DNA from: Minisyncoccota bacterium
GTDB taxonomy: Bacteria; Patescibacteriota; Minisyncoccia; UBA6257; 02-FULL-45-10c
Reading direction: 5' to 3'
NCBI GenBank assembly: GCA_036517155.1
Contig: DATDXY010000001.1
Coordinates: 6,510 to 70,509 of the forward strand
DNA: 64,000 bases
Shown: in pieces, positions 7,688 to 17,648 of the stretch
Numbering within the stretch: the first letter of the stretch is position 1
Layout of the letters: each line of letters starts with the position of its first letter
Notes under the pieces: model-generated
Told to the model about the DNA's origin: nothing
The model's input: the letters and a program-made list of their open reading frames with translations, nothing else
Databases searched by the model: none
Position numbers and translations under genes: made by a program

Positions 7688-9817
7688 TTATTCCACAACA
7701 ATTATTTTTCCGCTCACGCTAGGATTCAAGTGATCGTGATATGGCCATGTGCCAATTTTTTCAAACATAAAAGAGTAGCTTTCTCCGTTGCCAATGCCTT
7801 TGAAAGCGTCGAATCCGGAATACATCTGATGCGACGGATGATCATTAGATGCCGGCCAGACAAAAAGCTTTCCTTTATTTACCCAAGTTACTTTGCCGCC
7901 TTTTCGCACCTTGATTTCCGCCGGATCAAATTGGCCGTTTTCCGTGATGATTACAGATACGTGCAATAAAGGATCAATTGCGATAGCGGCGGTAGTAGTT
8001 GCTTCAACTTGACCAGATTCCATGCTTTCATCCAGCACCGATGCTCCGGTTTCTGCTGATTTTACTTCGCACATTCCTTCCCGCGCTACTTCTATTTTTG
8101 CCGCTTTGGCAAAACAACGGTTGGAATATGTATTGCCATCAGCGCCACAGACTGGATTATATTCTAATGTGCATAATTGCGGTGGTTCTGTAGGCTCCGA
8201 TGGTGGTTTTATTGCCGATTCACAAGTGCCTTCGTGAATGACAACAACTTTAGCAACGCGCGCCTGGCAAGCATTACCATAAGTCTTGCCGTTTGCGGCG
8301 CATACTGGTTTATATTCTTTCGTGCATATTACTGGCTCTGGATAAACTGGTGTCACCGATACTGGCAAAGGTTTTACGCCCCGAATTTCCATTTCTATTA
8401 ACCGGGAAAGGTTGTATAAATATTCCCGCACGTGGTTGGTATGCAATCGCGCGCTGGCGGCATCATTTTTTTCCAATGCTTCTCGCGCTAATTCCAAATG
8501 CTTTTTCGCATCTGCTAGTAAAGCAAATACTTTGGGATTTTTTTCTTCGGTATATCCTTTTTCCTGAACGAGTTGCGCATACTTTTCAATTTTTGAAGAT
8601 AATTCATTAAGAACTGTTTTAATATCTTCTACGGGATTTTCTAATTTACTAATGAAACGCAACGCACTGCGCGCCAATACTTCCGCCGAACGCGCATGAC
8701 CGAAGGCTTCTCCATATTTTCCAGAAGCAAATACCAGCTGCGCTTCTTTTACATTTTCTTGCGCTTCCAAAAGCAATTTCTTTGCGGTTTCCTCCGGATA
8801 ACTGCCTTCTATTAATTTCTTTTCTGTCTCGGAAATTACTTCCAGGGCGCGCTTAATTTGTTCTTTGGCTTTTTCGGCAATGTCTTTCTCTTGGATAGTT
8901 GATTTCTCCAATAGATCTGCCACTCGGCCTAACGTTTCTGCTACTCGAAATTCCGCCTTTGTCCGTATCTCGTCCAACAATATCAAACGCCGCGCATTAT
9001 CACCCGGCAATGCTTGTACGGCTGATTCAATGGATTGAGAATTCTCGGTTTTTAATAATTCTTGGATGTCCTGTTCCAAACGAATAGAAAATTCATTGCG
9101 CATTTTATTCAGCGCGTCCCGTAAATCATCCGGCGCTTTTTGCTCCAAACGATCTAAAATCTCTACGGAACGGATATGCTTCAATTCGCTGCCCTTGGAA
9201 GAAATCAGCGCTTTTTCTAATTTGGACGCAAACTCTACTGGATCGCCTTTGGCGGCCGCAGCAATTGTAGCATCATCAATTTTCCCCTGCGTTTCATTCA
9301 CAAGATCATGAATCTCGGATTCTTTTTCAAATTTTTGGGCAATTTCGTCAAATACTTTTTGATGCTGAACGCTCCGATCCGTAACTTTATTCAACAAATT
9401 GTCTATTTCTGGATTTTGAGATTTTTCTTCCAGCGCTTCTAAACGGTCCTTCAAACGCTCTTGCGCTTCTTGATAATTTTGCAACGCGCCCATAATCGCT
9501 TCCGTATCTTCTGGTTTTACTTCCTCAATTTTTTTTGCCTCGGCGGCTTTTTGATTGGCAATTCGCAATTCGTATTCTACTCTCGCAACTGGATCGAATG
9601 TGAACACCCGTCGCACTCCCCGGCTCCATTCTTTCAAGAAATAAAATGGGTTGCCAGGTAAAATACCCGGGTTATCCACGCCTAATTCTTGCGATGTAAT
9701 GGTTTCTAATTGCGCTAAATTGAGCGGCTTATAATCTTCCGCCGCCAACACGGTTAATGCCACAAAAAACAAAGCCCCTAAAACTGTAGTAATTTTTACT
9801 GTATTTCTCATATTCAT
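7688..9817 (-). CDS. Secreted or anchored multidomain protein: signal/TM, long coiled coil, two Kazal-type inhibitor domains, C-terminal cupredoxin-like domain.
   Basis: Two Kazal motifs: CTKEYKPVCAANGKTYGNACQARVA...C and CTLEYNPVCGADGNTYSNRCFAKAA...C. C-terminus KVTWVNKG...HPSH...GESYSFMFEKIGTWPYHDHLNPSVSGKIIVVE resembles plastocyanin/amicyanin, but with Asp in place of the Cu-ligand Cys. Confidence 0.7.
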   Translation of the reverse strand: MNMRNTVKITTVLGALFFVALTVLAAEDYKPLNLAQLETITSQELGVDNPGILPGNPFYFLKEWSRGVRRVFTFDPVARVEYELRIANQKAAEAKKIEEVKPEDTEAIMGALQNYQEAQERLKDRLEALEEKSQNPEIDNLLNKVTDRSVQHQKVFDEIAQKFEKESEIHDLVNETQGKIDDATIAAAAKGDPVEFASKLEKALISSKGSELKHIRSVEILDRLEQKAPDDLRDALNKMRNEFSIRLEQDIQELLKTENSQSIESAVQALPGDNARRLILLDEIRTKAEFRVAETLGRVADLLEKSTIQEKDIAEKAKEQIKRALEVISETEKKLIEGSYPEETAKKLLLEAQENVKEAQLVFASGKYGEAFGHARSAEVLARSALRFISKLENPVEDIKTVLNELSSKIEKYAQLVQEKGYTEEKNPKVFALLADAKKHLELAREALEKNDAASARLHTNHVREYLYNLSRLIEMEIRGVKPLPVSVTPVYPEPVICTKEYKPVCAANGKTYGNACQARVAKVVVIHEGTCESAIKPPSEPTEPPQLCTLEYNPVCGADGNTYSNRCFAKAAKIEVAREGMCEVKSAETGASVLDESMESGQVEATTTAAIAIDPLLHVSVIITENGQFDPAEIKVRKGGKVTWVNKGKLFVWPASNDHPSHQMYSGFDAFKGIGNGESYSFMFEKIGTWPYHDHLNPSVSGKIIVVE

Positions 9818-9888
9818 ATATCTACACTAAAAAAGATTGCCTGATGCAATCCCTTATATGACCTTTTGATTAGTATAGCATACCCTTG

Positions 9889-10926
9889 TCATACAATAAG
9901 CATCCCATCCCCAAATGAAAATAATCGGAATTTTCTTTTAATTGCTTCTTGGTACAACTCCATAATTTTCCCCCGACCCACTAAAGCAGCAGCAAGTATA
10001 AGCAAGCTTGATTGCGGTACGTGAAAGTTTGTCATCAAACCATCCACAAATTTGAAATAATATCCGGGTTGGATAAATAAATTTGTATCTCCTTGCCTTT
10101 TTTCCAACTTACCTGATGGATTGCTTGCAGATTCTAAAGTTCGCGTTACCGTTGTTCCCACGGCAATAATCGGTCTCTTCTCTTTTTTATAACTATTTAA
10201 TCTGACTAATGTACGCCTTGGGATTTCATACCATTCCGTATGCAATATCCCTTTTTTCAAATTCTCCTCCGTCACGGGAGCAAAGGTTCCCAGTCCCACA
10301 TGCAAAGTAATAAATTCGGTTTTGATTCCCGCGGCTTTTAGTTTTCTCAAAAGCCGCTTGGAAAAATGCAGAGAGGCAGTCGGGGCCGCTACGGATCCCT
10401 GTTGTTTCGCGAAAATCGTCTGGTACTCTTGTTTTAATTTAGATTGGGAAAGCGGCGAATGTTTGATGTAGGGCGGCAAAGGCGCCTCGCCATTTTTTTC
10501 TAGAAAGGAATATATTTTGGCTATCGGAAAAAGGCATTCCAGAAAATAATACTTGGTTTCTTGCCGCTGGACTCGGAATACGGCTTTATTTTTTATGAAA
10601 AGTTCCGAACCAATTTCTAATTTCCTATCCGCTAATATTTGAATGTAATTATCTGCCTTTCCCAAATACAAAATTTCCGCTTTCCCACCCGTAGCTTTCC
10701 GCACTCGCACCCGAGCCGGAACTACTTTAGTCTGATTGAAAACCAGCACTGCGTTTTCCGGAAGATATTCCGCAAGGTTAATAAATCGGTCGTATAGAAC
10801 CTTATTTTTCCTTCGATTATAGACTAACAATCGAGCGCTATCTCGAGGATGGGCGGGTTTTTGCGCAATCAACTCTTTGGGAAAGATGTAGTTGTAGTCT
10901 TGTAATTGAATTGAATGATTCTTCAT
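9889..10926 (-). CDS. queA: S-adenosylmethionine:tRNA ribosyltransferase-isomerase.
   Basis: Full-length match of the QueA N-terminal pattern ...LIAQKPAHPRDSARLLVY...VFNQTKVVPAR.... Confidence 0.85.
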   Translation of the reverse strand: MKNHSIQLQDYNYIFPKELIAQKPAHPRDSARLLVYNRRKNKVLYDRFINLAEYLPENAVLVFNQTKVVPARVRVRKATGGKAEILYLGKADNYIQILADRKLEIGSELFIKNKAVFRVQRQETKYYFLECLFPIAKIYSFLEKNGEAPLPPYIKHSPLSQSKLKQEYQTIFAKQQGSVAAPTASLHFSKRLLRKLKAAGIKTEFITLHVGLGTFAPVTEENLKKGILHTEWYEIPRRTLVRLNSYKKEKRPIIAVGTTVTRTLESASNPSGKLEKRQGDTNLFIQPGYYFKFVDGLMTNFHVPQSSLLILAAALVGRGKIMELYQEAIKRKFRLFSFGDGMLIV

Positions 10927-10984
10927 TTACCTATATATTTAAACTAATCTAGCGTAGTTCCTTGGAATATTCAAAGGAGGTATC

Positions 10985-11155
10985 ATGGCCGATCCATTGA
11001 GTTCAAAAAACTCTGACGCATCAAAATGCCGAGGCGGACTAATTATTGAAAAAAGTCGATGCTGTGGCGCGCCTCTCCGCTATACAACCGGCTTCATTGT
11101 GGAAATCTGCACCAAGTGCGATAATCCAAACCCGCCGCCAACACTCTATAAATGA
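10985..11155 (+). CDS. Small Cys-rich ORF (56 aa) with a strong SD, antisense to the queA-tgt intergenic region. Not in the ORF track because it is under 60 aa.
   Basis: caAAGGAGGtatcATG. MADPLSSKNSDASKCRGGLIIEKSRCCGAPLRYTTGFIVEICTKCDNPNPPPTLYK. Followed by a perfect hairpin terminator. Confidence 0.3.
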   Translation: MADPLSSKNSDASKCRGGLIIEKSRCCGAPLRYTTGFIVEICTKCDNPNPPPTLYK

Positions 11156-11163
11156 TGCAACAT

Positions 11164-11187
11164 AAAAGGACACAATTGTGTCCTTTT
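11164..11187. terminator. Bidirectional terminator hairpin.
   Basis: aaaAGGACACAatTGTGTCCTttt, perfect 8-bp stem. Lies at the 3' end of tgt (minus) and of the small + ORF. Confidence 0.55.
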
Positions 11188-12331
11188 ATATTTTTCCGTT
11201 TTTTATCGCATCTCTAATTTGCGCAATATACGCATTGAAATAATGCATATTGTGGAAAGTCAGCAATTCCAATGGAGTAATTTCCCACGCTTTTAGAAGA
11301 TGATGAATATAGCTTCGCGAATAACTTTGGCAGACATAGCAAGAACATTTTTTATCCAGCGGTTTTTTGTCTTGCGCAAATTTGGATTTGGAAATATCGA
11401 CTCTACCTTCCGAAGTAAACGCGACACCACGACGCGCGTAATGGGTCGGGGTGATGCAGTCAAAGGTATCAATCCCCGCTTCCGCTATGATTTTCATATC
11501 TTCCAAATAGCCGATACCTAACAAATGTTTTGGTTTGGCTTCCGGTAATTCCGCCATTACCCAGCCAAGCATTTTCCCCATTTCTTTTTTGTCATCGCCA
11601 AATTCGCCGCCAATACCAAAACCATCAAAGTCCATTTTCCCGATAAACCTCGCACTTTCTATCCGCAAATCCTGAAACTTACCGCCTTGCACGATGCCAT
11701 ACATTGCTTGCTTGGATTTTTTAATCTTCAAACACAGCTCCGCCCAATCATGGGTTTTCAAAAGAGATTTCTTCGTGTATTCGTGGCTGGCAATCGGTGA
11801 GGTGCATTCGTCAAACGCGAAGATAATATCCGCGCCCAGTGATTCCTGGATTTTAATAGATTCTTTGGGGCCAAGAAAAACTTCCCGGCCGTCTATGTAG
11901 GAACGGAATAAAACTCCCTCATCGTTAATTTTTAATAATTTTGGCTGTTGTCCGGTTTCTATCTGCCGTCGATCAGCTGCCGTTGGCCGTTTTAATATTT
12001 TCCCCTGGCCGAAATCTTTTCCGAAACCCAAGCTGAATACCTGAAAACCGCCGGAATCGGTCATCAGCGGTTTCGGCCAGTTCATGAACTTATGAATCCC
12101 GCCATGGGATTTAACAATTTTTTCTCCCGGCCGCAAATGCAGATGAAAAGTGTTGGCAATCAAAAGCTGGCTGCCGGTTTTTAAAACTTCTTCACTGGTC
12201 AGGGCTTTTACCGTGGCTTGGGTTGCCACCGGTACAAATGCTGGCGTTTCCACCACACCATGAGGAGTTTCTAAAAGACCGAGACGGGCCCGGCTTTTGG
12301 AAGATTTTTTGATAATTTTAAAACTAATCAT
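11186..12331 (-). CDS. tgt: Queuine tRNA-ribosyltransferase (tRNA-guanine transglycosylase).
   Basis: RLGLLETPHGVVETPAFVPVAT N-terminus. Zinc site CSCYVCQSY...HHL at the C-terminus. Confidence 0.85.
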   Translation of the reverse strand: MISFKIIKKSSKSRARLGLLETPHGVVETPAFVPVATQATVKALTSEEVLKTGSQLLIANTFHLHLRPGEKIVKSHGGIHKFMNWPKPLMTDSGGFQVFSLGFGKDFGQGKILKRPTAADRRQIETGQQPKLLKINDEGVLFRSYIDGREVFLGPKESIKIQESLGADIIFAFDECTSPIASHEYTKKSLLKTHDWAELCLKIKKSKQAMYGIVQGGKFQDLRIESARFIGKMDFDGFGIGGEFGDDKKEMGKMLGWVMAELPEAKPKHLLGIGYLEDMKIIAEAGIDTFDCITPTHYARRGVAFTSEGRVDISKSKFAQDKKPLDKKCSCYVCQSYSRSYIHHLLKAWEITPLELLTFHNMHYFNAYIAQIRDAIKNGKI

Positions 12332-12392
12332 AGGATGGGTTCTATGCAGATTTATAACACAAAAGCGATTAAAAGAAAAAACGGCCCGATAT

Positions 12393-12536
12393 TTATTTGT
12401 CGGACCGTTTTTGTTTTTCTAGAACTACTGGCCCTATTGCGGCAACCTGCTTCTGTAGCTTACAGCTAGTTTCGTGGTTCTTTAAGCCATTTTTAATCAA
12501 AGAGCCACAACATGGGCACGGATGAGGATTATCCAT
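12393..12536 (-). CDS. Small Cys-rich ORF (47 aa) with a strong SD, upstream of tgt. Not in the ORF track.
   Basis: gAAGGAGGtaaaaATG. MDNPHPCPCCGSLIKNGLKNHETSCKLQKQVAAIGPVVLEKQKRSDK. Confidence 0.3.
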   Translation of the reverse strand: MDNPHPCPCCGSLIKNGLKNHETSCKLQKQVAAIGPVVLEKQKRSDK

Positions 12537-12614
12537 TTTATTTTACCTCCTTCAAAATAATTCTCTATAACGATCAGAATAACATTCTATACATTTCTTG
12601 ATAATTTATGCAAA

Positions 12615-14288
12615 TTATAATTCTGAAAAATATATCTTAAATACTTCGTCTCCCCGTTGATTGGCAATCGTCGCAATCTCCCGCTGAGTCAATTGTTCCA
12701 TTCCGGGGAACGAGACGATATTAGTTTGGTTGATAAAGTATAGATACTGAAAACCAACGCGTTCATAATAATCAAAACCATTTTGTTGCAGGTATTCAAA
12801 ATAAGTCTTGACGCTGATGATTGGCCAACCGTGGTAAATGTGCAGCCTATCCAATATCCATAATTTTGGACCTTGATCAAAATTGCCATAGTAAACAAAA
12901 AGCGCGGGATAAGGTTGTCGAAATTGCTCGCGCGCTTTCTGGGTAGCCTGATCTCGGATGGCTTCCAGAAATTTATATTTGACGTTAAATACCACCGCCG
13001 GCATTTTTCCTTCCAATTCTTTTTCTAACCAAGCATTCAATTCGTTATAGCCCCAATTATAATTTTCATAACGGACTTTGGAACTAAACCAGGGTTGCGG
13101 GCCAATCGGGTAATAAGCAATTTGATTATTCCAGGTATACGCAATTTCAAAACTAAACACGAGCGTAAGAAAAATCACGAAAATGGTTGCGTAGCGGGCG
13201 CGAGTATTCAGCCACGCCAGAAAAATCCCAACTCCCAAAATCATAAAAGGTGTCAGCATGGTCAGAAAACGATATGATGGTCCGATTTTCAGAATCAGCG
13301 CAATCAGCCAAACAAATGAAATTAATAATAAAGCATATTTTCGTAAAACAATTTTCGCATCTTTAAAAAATCTAAAGATAAACGTTAAAACACTCGCAAA
13401 AAACAACGATAAAAATAACCAAGAATTAGTAGCAATGAGCCGAAATGGAAAATTCCTTATCCGATCCAGCGCACTGCCAATTTCTTTTCCCGGCGTCACT
13501 TGCCATACTTCCGGATGCTGGCCAAAAATAAAAGAGAATTGAAAATCAAAATACCCGACGGCTTTATACAACTGCCAGTTATAAATTAAAACCGGGCTGA
13601 AAAATAACACCGCAATCAAAGTGCCAAACCAAAACTTTTGATTCCGGAAACAATCCCGCCGGAAAAAAATAAGATACGTGCATAAAATCGGAACAATGAT
13701 AAAAGCTGTATATTTGGAAAGTATCCCCAGTCCGATGGCAACCCCGGTCCAGAAAAAATACTTGTCATTTTCCAAAGCTTTTAAGAACCAATATAAAGAA
13801 AGCAAGAAAAAGAAAATCACATAGGCTTCTTGCATCCCAGTACGCGATATATACACGCCATTCAAGGTAATTGCGTATAAAGCGGCAGCATACAGTCCGA
13901 CCCTTTCTGAAAAAAGTTTTCTTCCTATGACGTACAAAAGATAGACTGCGCCGATTCCCAACAGCACCGACGGCAAACGGAAACCAAAAACGCTTTCGCC
14001 GAATACTTTCATAAATCCATTTTGGATAAGAAAGAGCAGGGGCGGCTGATCATGGAAAGAAAGCCTGAGCCACCACGGCTGAACTTGCCCTGAGCTCGTC
14101 GAGGGGTCAAACCATTCCAAAGGCGTGGTCTGCACTGGCGATTCATCAAAATCCATCATTCCGACTGCTCGGAATGCCAGCGACGATTCATCGCTCATAG
14201 TATCTCCTCGCCCAAGACCAAAAAGCCGCAACAACGCTGCTATTACTAAAATACCGAGAAGCAGCCTGCGTTTTAATTGTTCGTTCAT
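12615..14288 (-). CDS. GT-C family glycosyltransferase (ArnT / PMT-like, family 39-like).
   Basis: 557 aa polytopic membrane protein. N-terminal region LLLGILVIAALLRLFGLG... with a loop-1 acidic motif region, typical of ArnT/PMT_2. Confidence 0.6.
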   Translation of the reverse strand: MNEQLKRRLLLGILVIAALLRLFGLGRGDTMSDESSLAFRAVGMMDFDESPVQTTPLEWFDPSTSSGQVQPWWLRLSFHDQPPLLFLIQNGFMKVFGESVFGFRLPSVLLGIGAVYLLYVIGRKLFSERVGLYAAALYAITLNGVYISRTGMQEAYVIFFFLLSLYWFLKALENDKYFFWTGVAIGLGILSKYTAFIIVPILCTYLIFFRRDCFRNQKFWFGTLIAVLFFSPVLIYNWQLYKAVGYFDFQFSFIFGQHPEVWQVTPGKEIGSALDRIRNFPFRLIATNSWLFLSLFFASVLTFIFRFFKDAKIVLRKYALLLISFVWLIALILKIGPSYRFLTMLTPFMILGVGIFLAWLNTRARYATIFVIFLTLVFSFEIAYTWNNQIAYYPIGPQPWFSSKVRYENYNWGYNELNAWLEKELEGKMPAVVFNVKYKFLEAIRDQATQKAREQFRQPYPALFVYYGNFDQGPKLWILDRLHIYHGWPIISVKTYFEYLQQNGFDYYERVGFQYLYFINQTNIVSFPGMEQLTQREIATIANQRGDEVFKIYFSEL

Positions 14289-14289
14289 A

Positions 14290-15075
14290 CTACAATTTAA
14301 TTGTTTCTATAGCCAAAAACAATGGAATTTCCTTTCGCGCTCGATCTTCGGCAATTGCCCGCGGGCCACGTTCGCTGGTTCTATGGGAAATCCATTCTTC
14401 CAATCGAGTTACGGCCAAACCGTTTTTATGGAATATTTTAAAATAAAATTGAAACGGCCGATGAAAAGATAATGTGATGTCTTTCGGATTATCGCCCGGG
14501 TGCATTTGAATTTTGACTTGGGCTTCAGAAATGTAACGATCAATGCGGCGATATTGGGCTTTCATTTTTTCATCCCATCCCCAACTACTTTCTTTTAAGA
14601 CTCGAAAAGCCGGGTGATTTAATACGATATACAAGGATCCTTTTGATTTAAGTATGCGATGAGCTTCTTTAATCACTCCGTTAACGTCTACCATATTTTG
14701 CAGCGCCAAAATAATCGCCACTTTGTCAAAGCTATTACTTGCTAAAAATGGCATGGATTCTGCGGACGCCACGTGATATTGAATCTTAGGCGAATGTTTA
14801 CTGGCTAACTGGATTAGTTTTGATGCGATATCAACACCGACTACGCTGCCGCTTTGTTTGTAAAATGCTTCAGTAAAATATCCCTGGCCACAGGCAATAT
14901 CTGCGATTTGCTCTCCCCTTTTAATATCCATCAACCGAAGAATATTCGGCAAAATAACCTTACACTGATAACTGTCCGGATCGGTTGCTAATAATTCATC
15001 ATACCAATCCGCCGCCTTATTCCAGGAAGTGTTTGGTTTTTTATTACTCTTTAGATTCATAACCACCAATGACAA
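14290..15075 (-). CDS. Class I SAM-dependent methyltransferase.
   Basis: Motif I VADIACGQGYFTEAF, motif II and post-II present. Confidence 0.7.
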   Translation of the reverse strand: MSLVVMNLKSNKKPNTSWNKAADWYDELLATDPDSYQCKVILPNILRLMDIKRGEQIADIACGQGYFTEAFYKQSGSVVGVDIASKLIQLASKHSPKIQYHVASAESMPFLASNSFDKVAIILALQNMVDVNGVIKEAHRILKSKGSLYIVLNHPAFRVLKESSWGWDEKMKAQYRRIDRYISEAQVKIQMHPGDNPKDITLSFHRPFQFYFKIFHKNGLAVTRLEEWISHRTSERGPRAIAEDRARKEIPLFLAIETIKL

Positions 15076-15478
15076 TCCCCGCTGAAACTAGTACAATGTT
15101 TTTAATTACAAACTCTCCTTCAGTAGTCAAGAAAAATAGATTGCCGTTAAAAAATATTTCCGGCGCGAGAAAAAAAGAAAGGAACGTGCCGGACATTTGG
15201 AGCAATAAAAGTCCAATGGTCGCGCGAATGGCAATTTTGAAAATCAAACCCAGACCAATAATCATTTCCCATATCCCCAAGACCAATAAAAATTCTCGAG
15301 CTGGAAAAAAATAATAGGTATTACTAACTAATTCTGCGACTGGGCTGACATCCATTATTTTCAAAAGCCCAAACCACAAAAACACTACGCCTAAAGAAAT
15401 GCGCAAAAGCCAAACGCCACTTTCTTTCATGGCAATTTTAATTATGTAATCTATAAACGAAGTGATATTTGATTTCAT
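15044..15478 (-). CDS. Small polytopic membrane protein (DoxX-like or DUF417-like).
   Basis: 144 aa with 4 predicted TM helices. Confidence 0.35.
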   Translation of the reverse strand: MKSNITSFIDYIIKIAMKESGVWLLRISLGVVFLWFGLLKIMDVSPVAELVSNTYYFFPAREFLLVLGIWEMIIGLGLIFKIAIRATIGLLLLQMSGTFLSFFLAPEIFFNGNLFFLTTEGEFVIKNIVLVSAGIVIGGYESKE

Positions 15479-16479
15479 GACACAAGATTAACTAAATGAT
15501 TCGTTTGAAAACCCTTAATATTTTCAAAAGTGGTAGTAAGAATCCTTCCCAACGCTTCTTGCGTATTAAACGCGTTGTGCGGCGTTATTAGCACATTCGG
15601 CATTTTCATCAGCACGTGGTTTTCCACAATCGTCCTGGATGCTTCCGGAGAAGGATACGCATCTGATAAAGAAATAAGTTCTTCTTTAATTTCTCCCTCT
15701 TCTTCCAAGACGTCTAATCCGGCGCCAGCGATTCTTCGGCCAGCAAGCGCTTTAATTAAGGCATCAGTTTCTATAATTCCGCCGCGAGCGGTATTAATCA
15801 AATACGCGCTGGCTTTCATCAACCCGATATTATCTTTGTTGATTAAATGGTGGGTTTGTTTATTGTATGGACAATGCAGGGTTACTATATCCGCTTGCCG
15901 CAATAGATCTTCCAAAGTAACATAGGAAAATCCGAATTCTTGAGCCAGTTGATTATTCGGGTACAAATCGAAAGCAATCACCCGCATTTGAAATCCTTTG
16001 GAAATTCGAATAATCTCTTTTCCGATACGGCCGGTTCCCACCACGCCCAATGTTCTACCCTTTAAATCTATGCCTCGCAATCCGCCCAACGCGAACGAAC
16101 CACGTTCTTTTATTTGATCAATCGCTTCATACATTTTCCGAGTCAAATTTACCATTAAGCCAAAAGTGAATTCTGCGACGGTATTTTCCCCATATCCAGG
16201 CACATAACTTACGGCAATGTTCCGCGTTTTACATGCCGCAACATCAATATGATCAAAACCCGTAGAACGAGTGGTAATAAATTTCAAGTCTGGTAAAGTT
16301 GCAATTAAATCCGCTGTTATCGGAGAATTAATAAAGACCGATATCGCTTCCAAACCCAGATGCCCCGCTGCTTGATTGGCGGTTAATTTTTCTTTCGTAA
16401 GAAATAATTCATCGTTTGGCAATGCCTCACGAATTATTGGTTCCTCCCAGCCTTCCAATTCAAAAAAACCGATTTTCAT
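15475..16479 (-). CDS. D-isomer-specific 2-hydroxyacid dehydrogenase (D-lactate or phosphoglycerate dehydrogenase family).
   Basis: NAD-binding GVVGTGRIGKEI, catalytic-domain layout, C-terminal ...TPHNAFNT. Confidence 0.8.
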   Translation of the reverse strand: MKIGFFELEGWEEPIIREALPNDELFLTKEKLTANQAAGHLGLEAISVFINSPITADLIATLPDLKFITTRSTGFDHIDVAACKTRNIAVSYVPGYGENTVAEFTFGLMVNLTRKMYEAIDQIKERGSFALGGLRGIDLKGRTLGVVGTGRIGKEIIRISKGFQMRVIAFDLYPNNQLAQEFGFSYVTLEDLLRQADIVTLHCPYNKQTHHLINKDNIGLMKASAYLINTARGGIIETDALIKALAGRRIAGAGLDVLEEEGEIKEELISLSDAYPSPEASRTIVENHVLMKMPNVLITPHNAFNTQEALGRILTTTFENIKGFQTNHLVNLVS

Positions 16480-16556
16480 GGATTAAATAATGTACTTGTA
16501 TTTTATAATACTCCGGGGAAAATTAAAACTCCTAACAAAAAACCGCTTTTTTATTC

Positions 16557-17570
16557 TTATAACAAATTTGGCTGATACAAATAAGACTGGTCTGCCTCGC
16601 GAACCACTTTTGCCATCATTTCTAATGATTCCACCGGATATTTTCCGGATGCGGTTTCGTCGGACAACATCACCGCGTCTGTCCCATCCCACACCGCATT
16701 GGCAATGTCGGATATTTCCGGACGAGTCGGGTGCGGATGATTCACCATTGTAATCAGCATTTGCGTAGCAACAATGGAGGGCTTGCCATACCAGGCTGCC
16801 TGCCGAATTAAATTCTTCTGGACAAATGGAACTTTTTCCGGTGCGATTTCCACTCCCAAATCGCCGCGCGCTACCATAATACCATCCGCCTCTTTAATGA
16901 TTTCATCTATATTCTTCAATGCCATCGCCATTTCAATTTTGGCGATAATTTTAACATCTTTCCCAACTAACACGCGCAAAGCTTGGACATCTTTTGCGGA
17001 TTGCACAAAAGACAAAGCAATATAATCCACTCCTTCCTCCAATGCGAAGGCCACGTCTTTTTTATCTTTATCGGTAAAACCGCTCGTAGTTAATTTCGTT
17101 TCCGGCACATTTACTGCTTTATAAGAAAATAAATGTCCGCCGCGAATTACTTTGGCGGTAAACTTATTGCCCGACACATTCGTAACTACCAGTTCAATCA
17201 AAGCGTTAGAGAGATAAATTGGATCGCCTTTTTTGATATTTAAATGCAAATAGGGATCGTCAATGTGAATCACGTTTTTTTCCGGCCCATTGGTGGAAAA
17301 AACTACGGTATCATTCTGGTGGATACGAATGCCCTCTTCCGGCAATTTACCCACGCGAATGCGCGGGCCGCGCAAGTCTTGCATAACGCTGATTTTTCTT
17401 TTGAATTTTTTGGAATATTTTTCCGCTAACTTTTTTCGAAGGCGATATTCGGGATACGTGCAATGAGAAAAATTAATTCGCGCGATATCAAAACCAATCT
17501 TCGCTAATTGAGAAAAGACTTGCTCGGATTCGGAACTCGGGCCAATGGTGGCAATGATTTTGGTACGCAT
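16557..17570 (-). CDS. pyk: Pyruvate kinase, short form (barrel and A domains, no C-terminal regulatory domain).
   Basis: MRTKIIATIGPSS...ARINFSHC...MQDLRGPRIRVG. Confidence 0.8.
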   Translation of the reverse strand: MRTKIIATIGPSSESEQVFSQLAKIGFDIARINFSHCTYPEYRLRKKLAEKYSKKFKRKISVMQDLRGPRIRVGKLPEEGIRIHQNDTVVFSTNGPEKNVIHIDDPYLHLNIKKGDPIYLSNALIELVVTNVSGNKFTAKVIRGGHLFSYKAVNVPETKLTTSGFTDKDKKDVAFALEEGVDYIALSFVQSAKDVQALRVLVGKDVKIIAKIEMAMALKNIDEIIKEADGIMVARGDLGVEIAPEKVPFVQKNLIRQAAWYGKPSIVATQMLITMVNHPHPTRPEISDIANAVWDGTDAVMLSDETASGKYPVESLEMMAKVVREADQSYLYQPNLL

Positions 17571-17648
17571 GCTGTTATGAATATTAAGTGTTTGATTATA
17601 TCAGAAAATATGCCAAAAGACAACTTTGGTTACTTAATGAGAGAATAA

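Noticed and set aside
9300-9817. Blue-copper (type 1) site in the cupredoxin-like C-terminus of the Kazal protein.
   Set aside because: The alignment to plastocyanin-like sequences puts Asp where the essential Cys ligand should be (PYHDHL against PYHCTPH), so copper binding is not supported.
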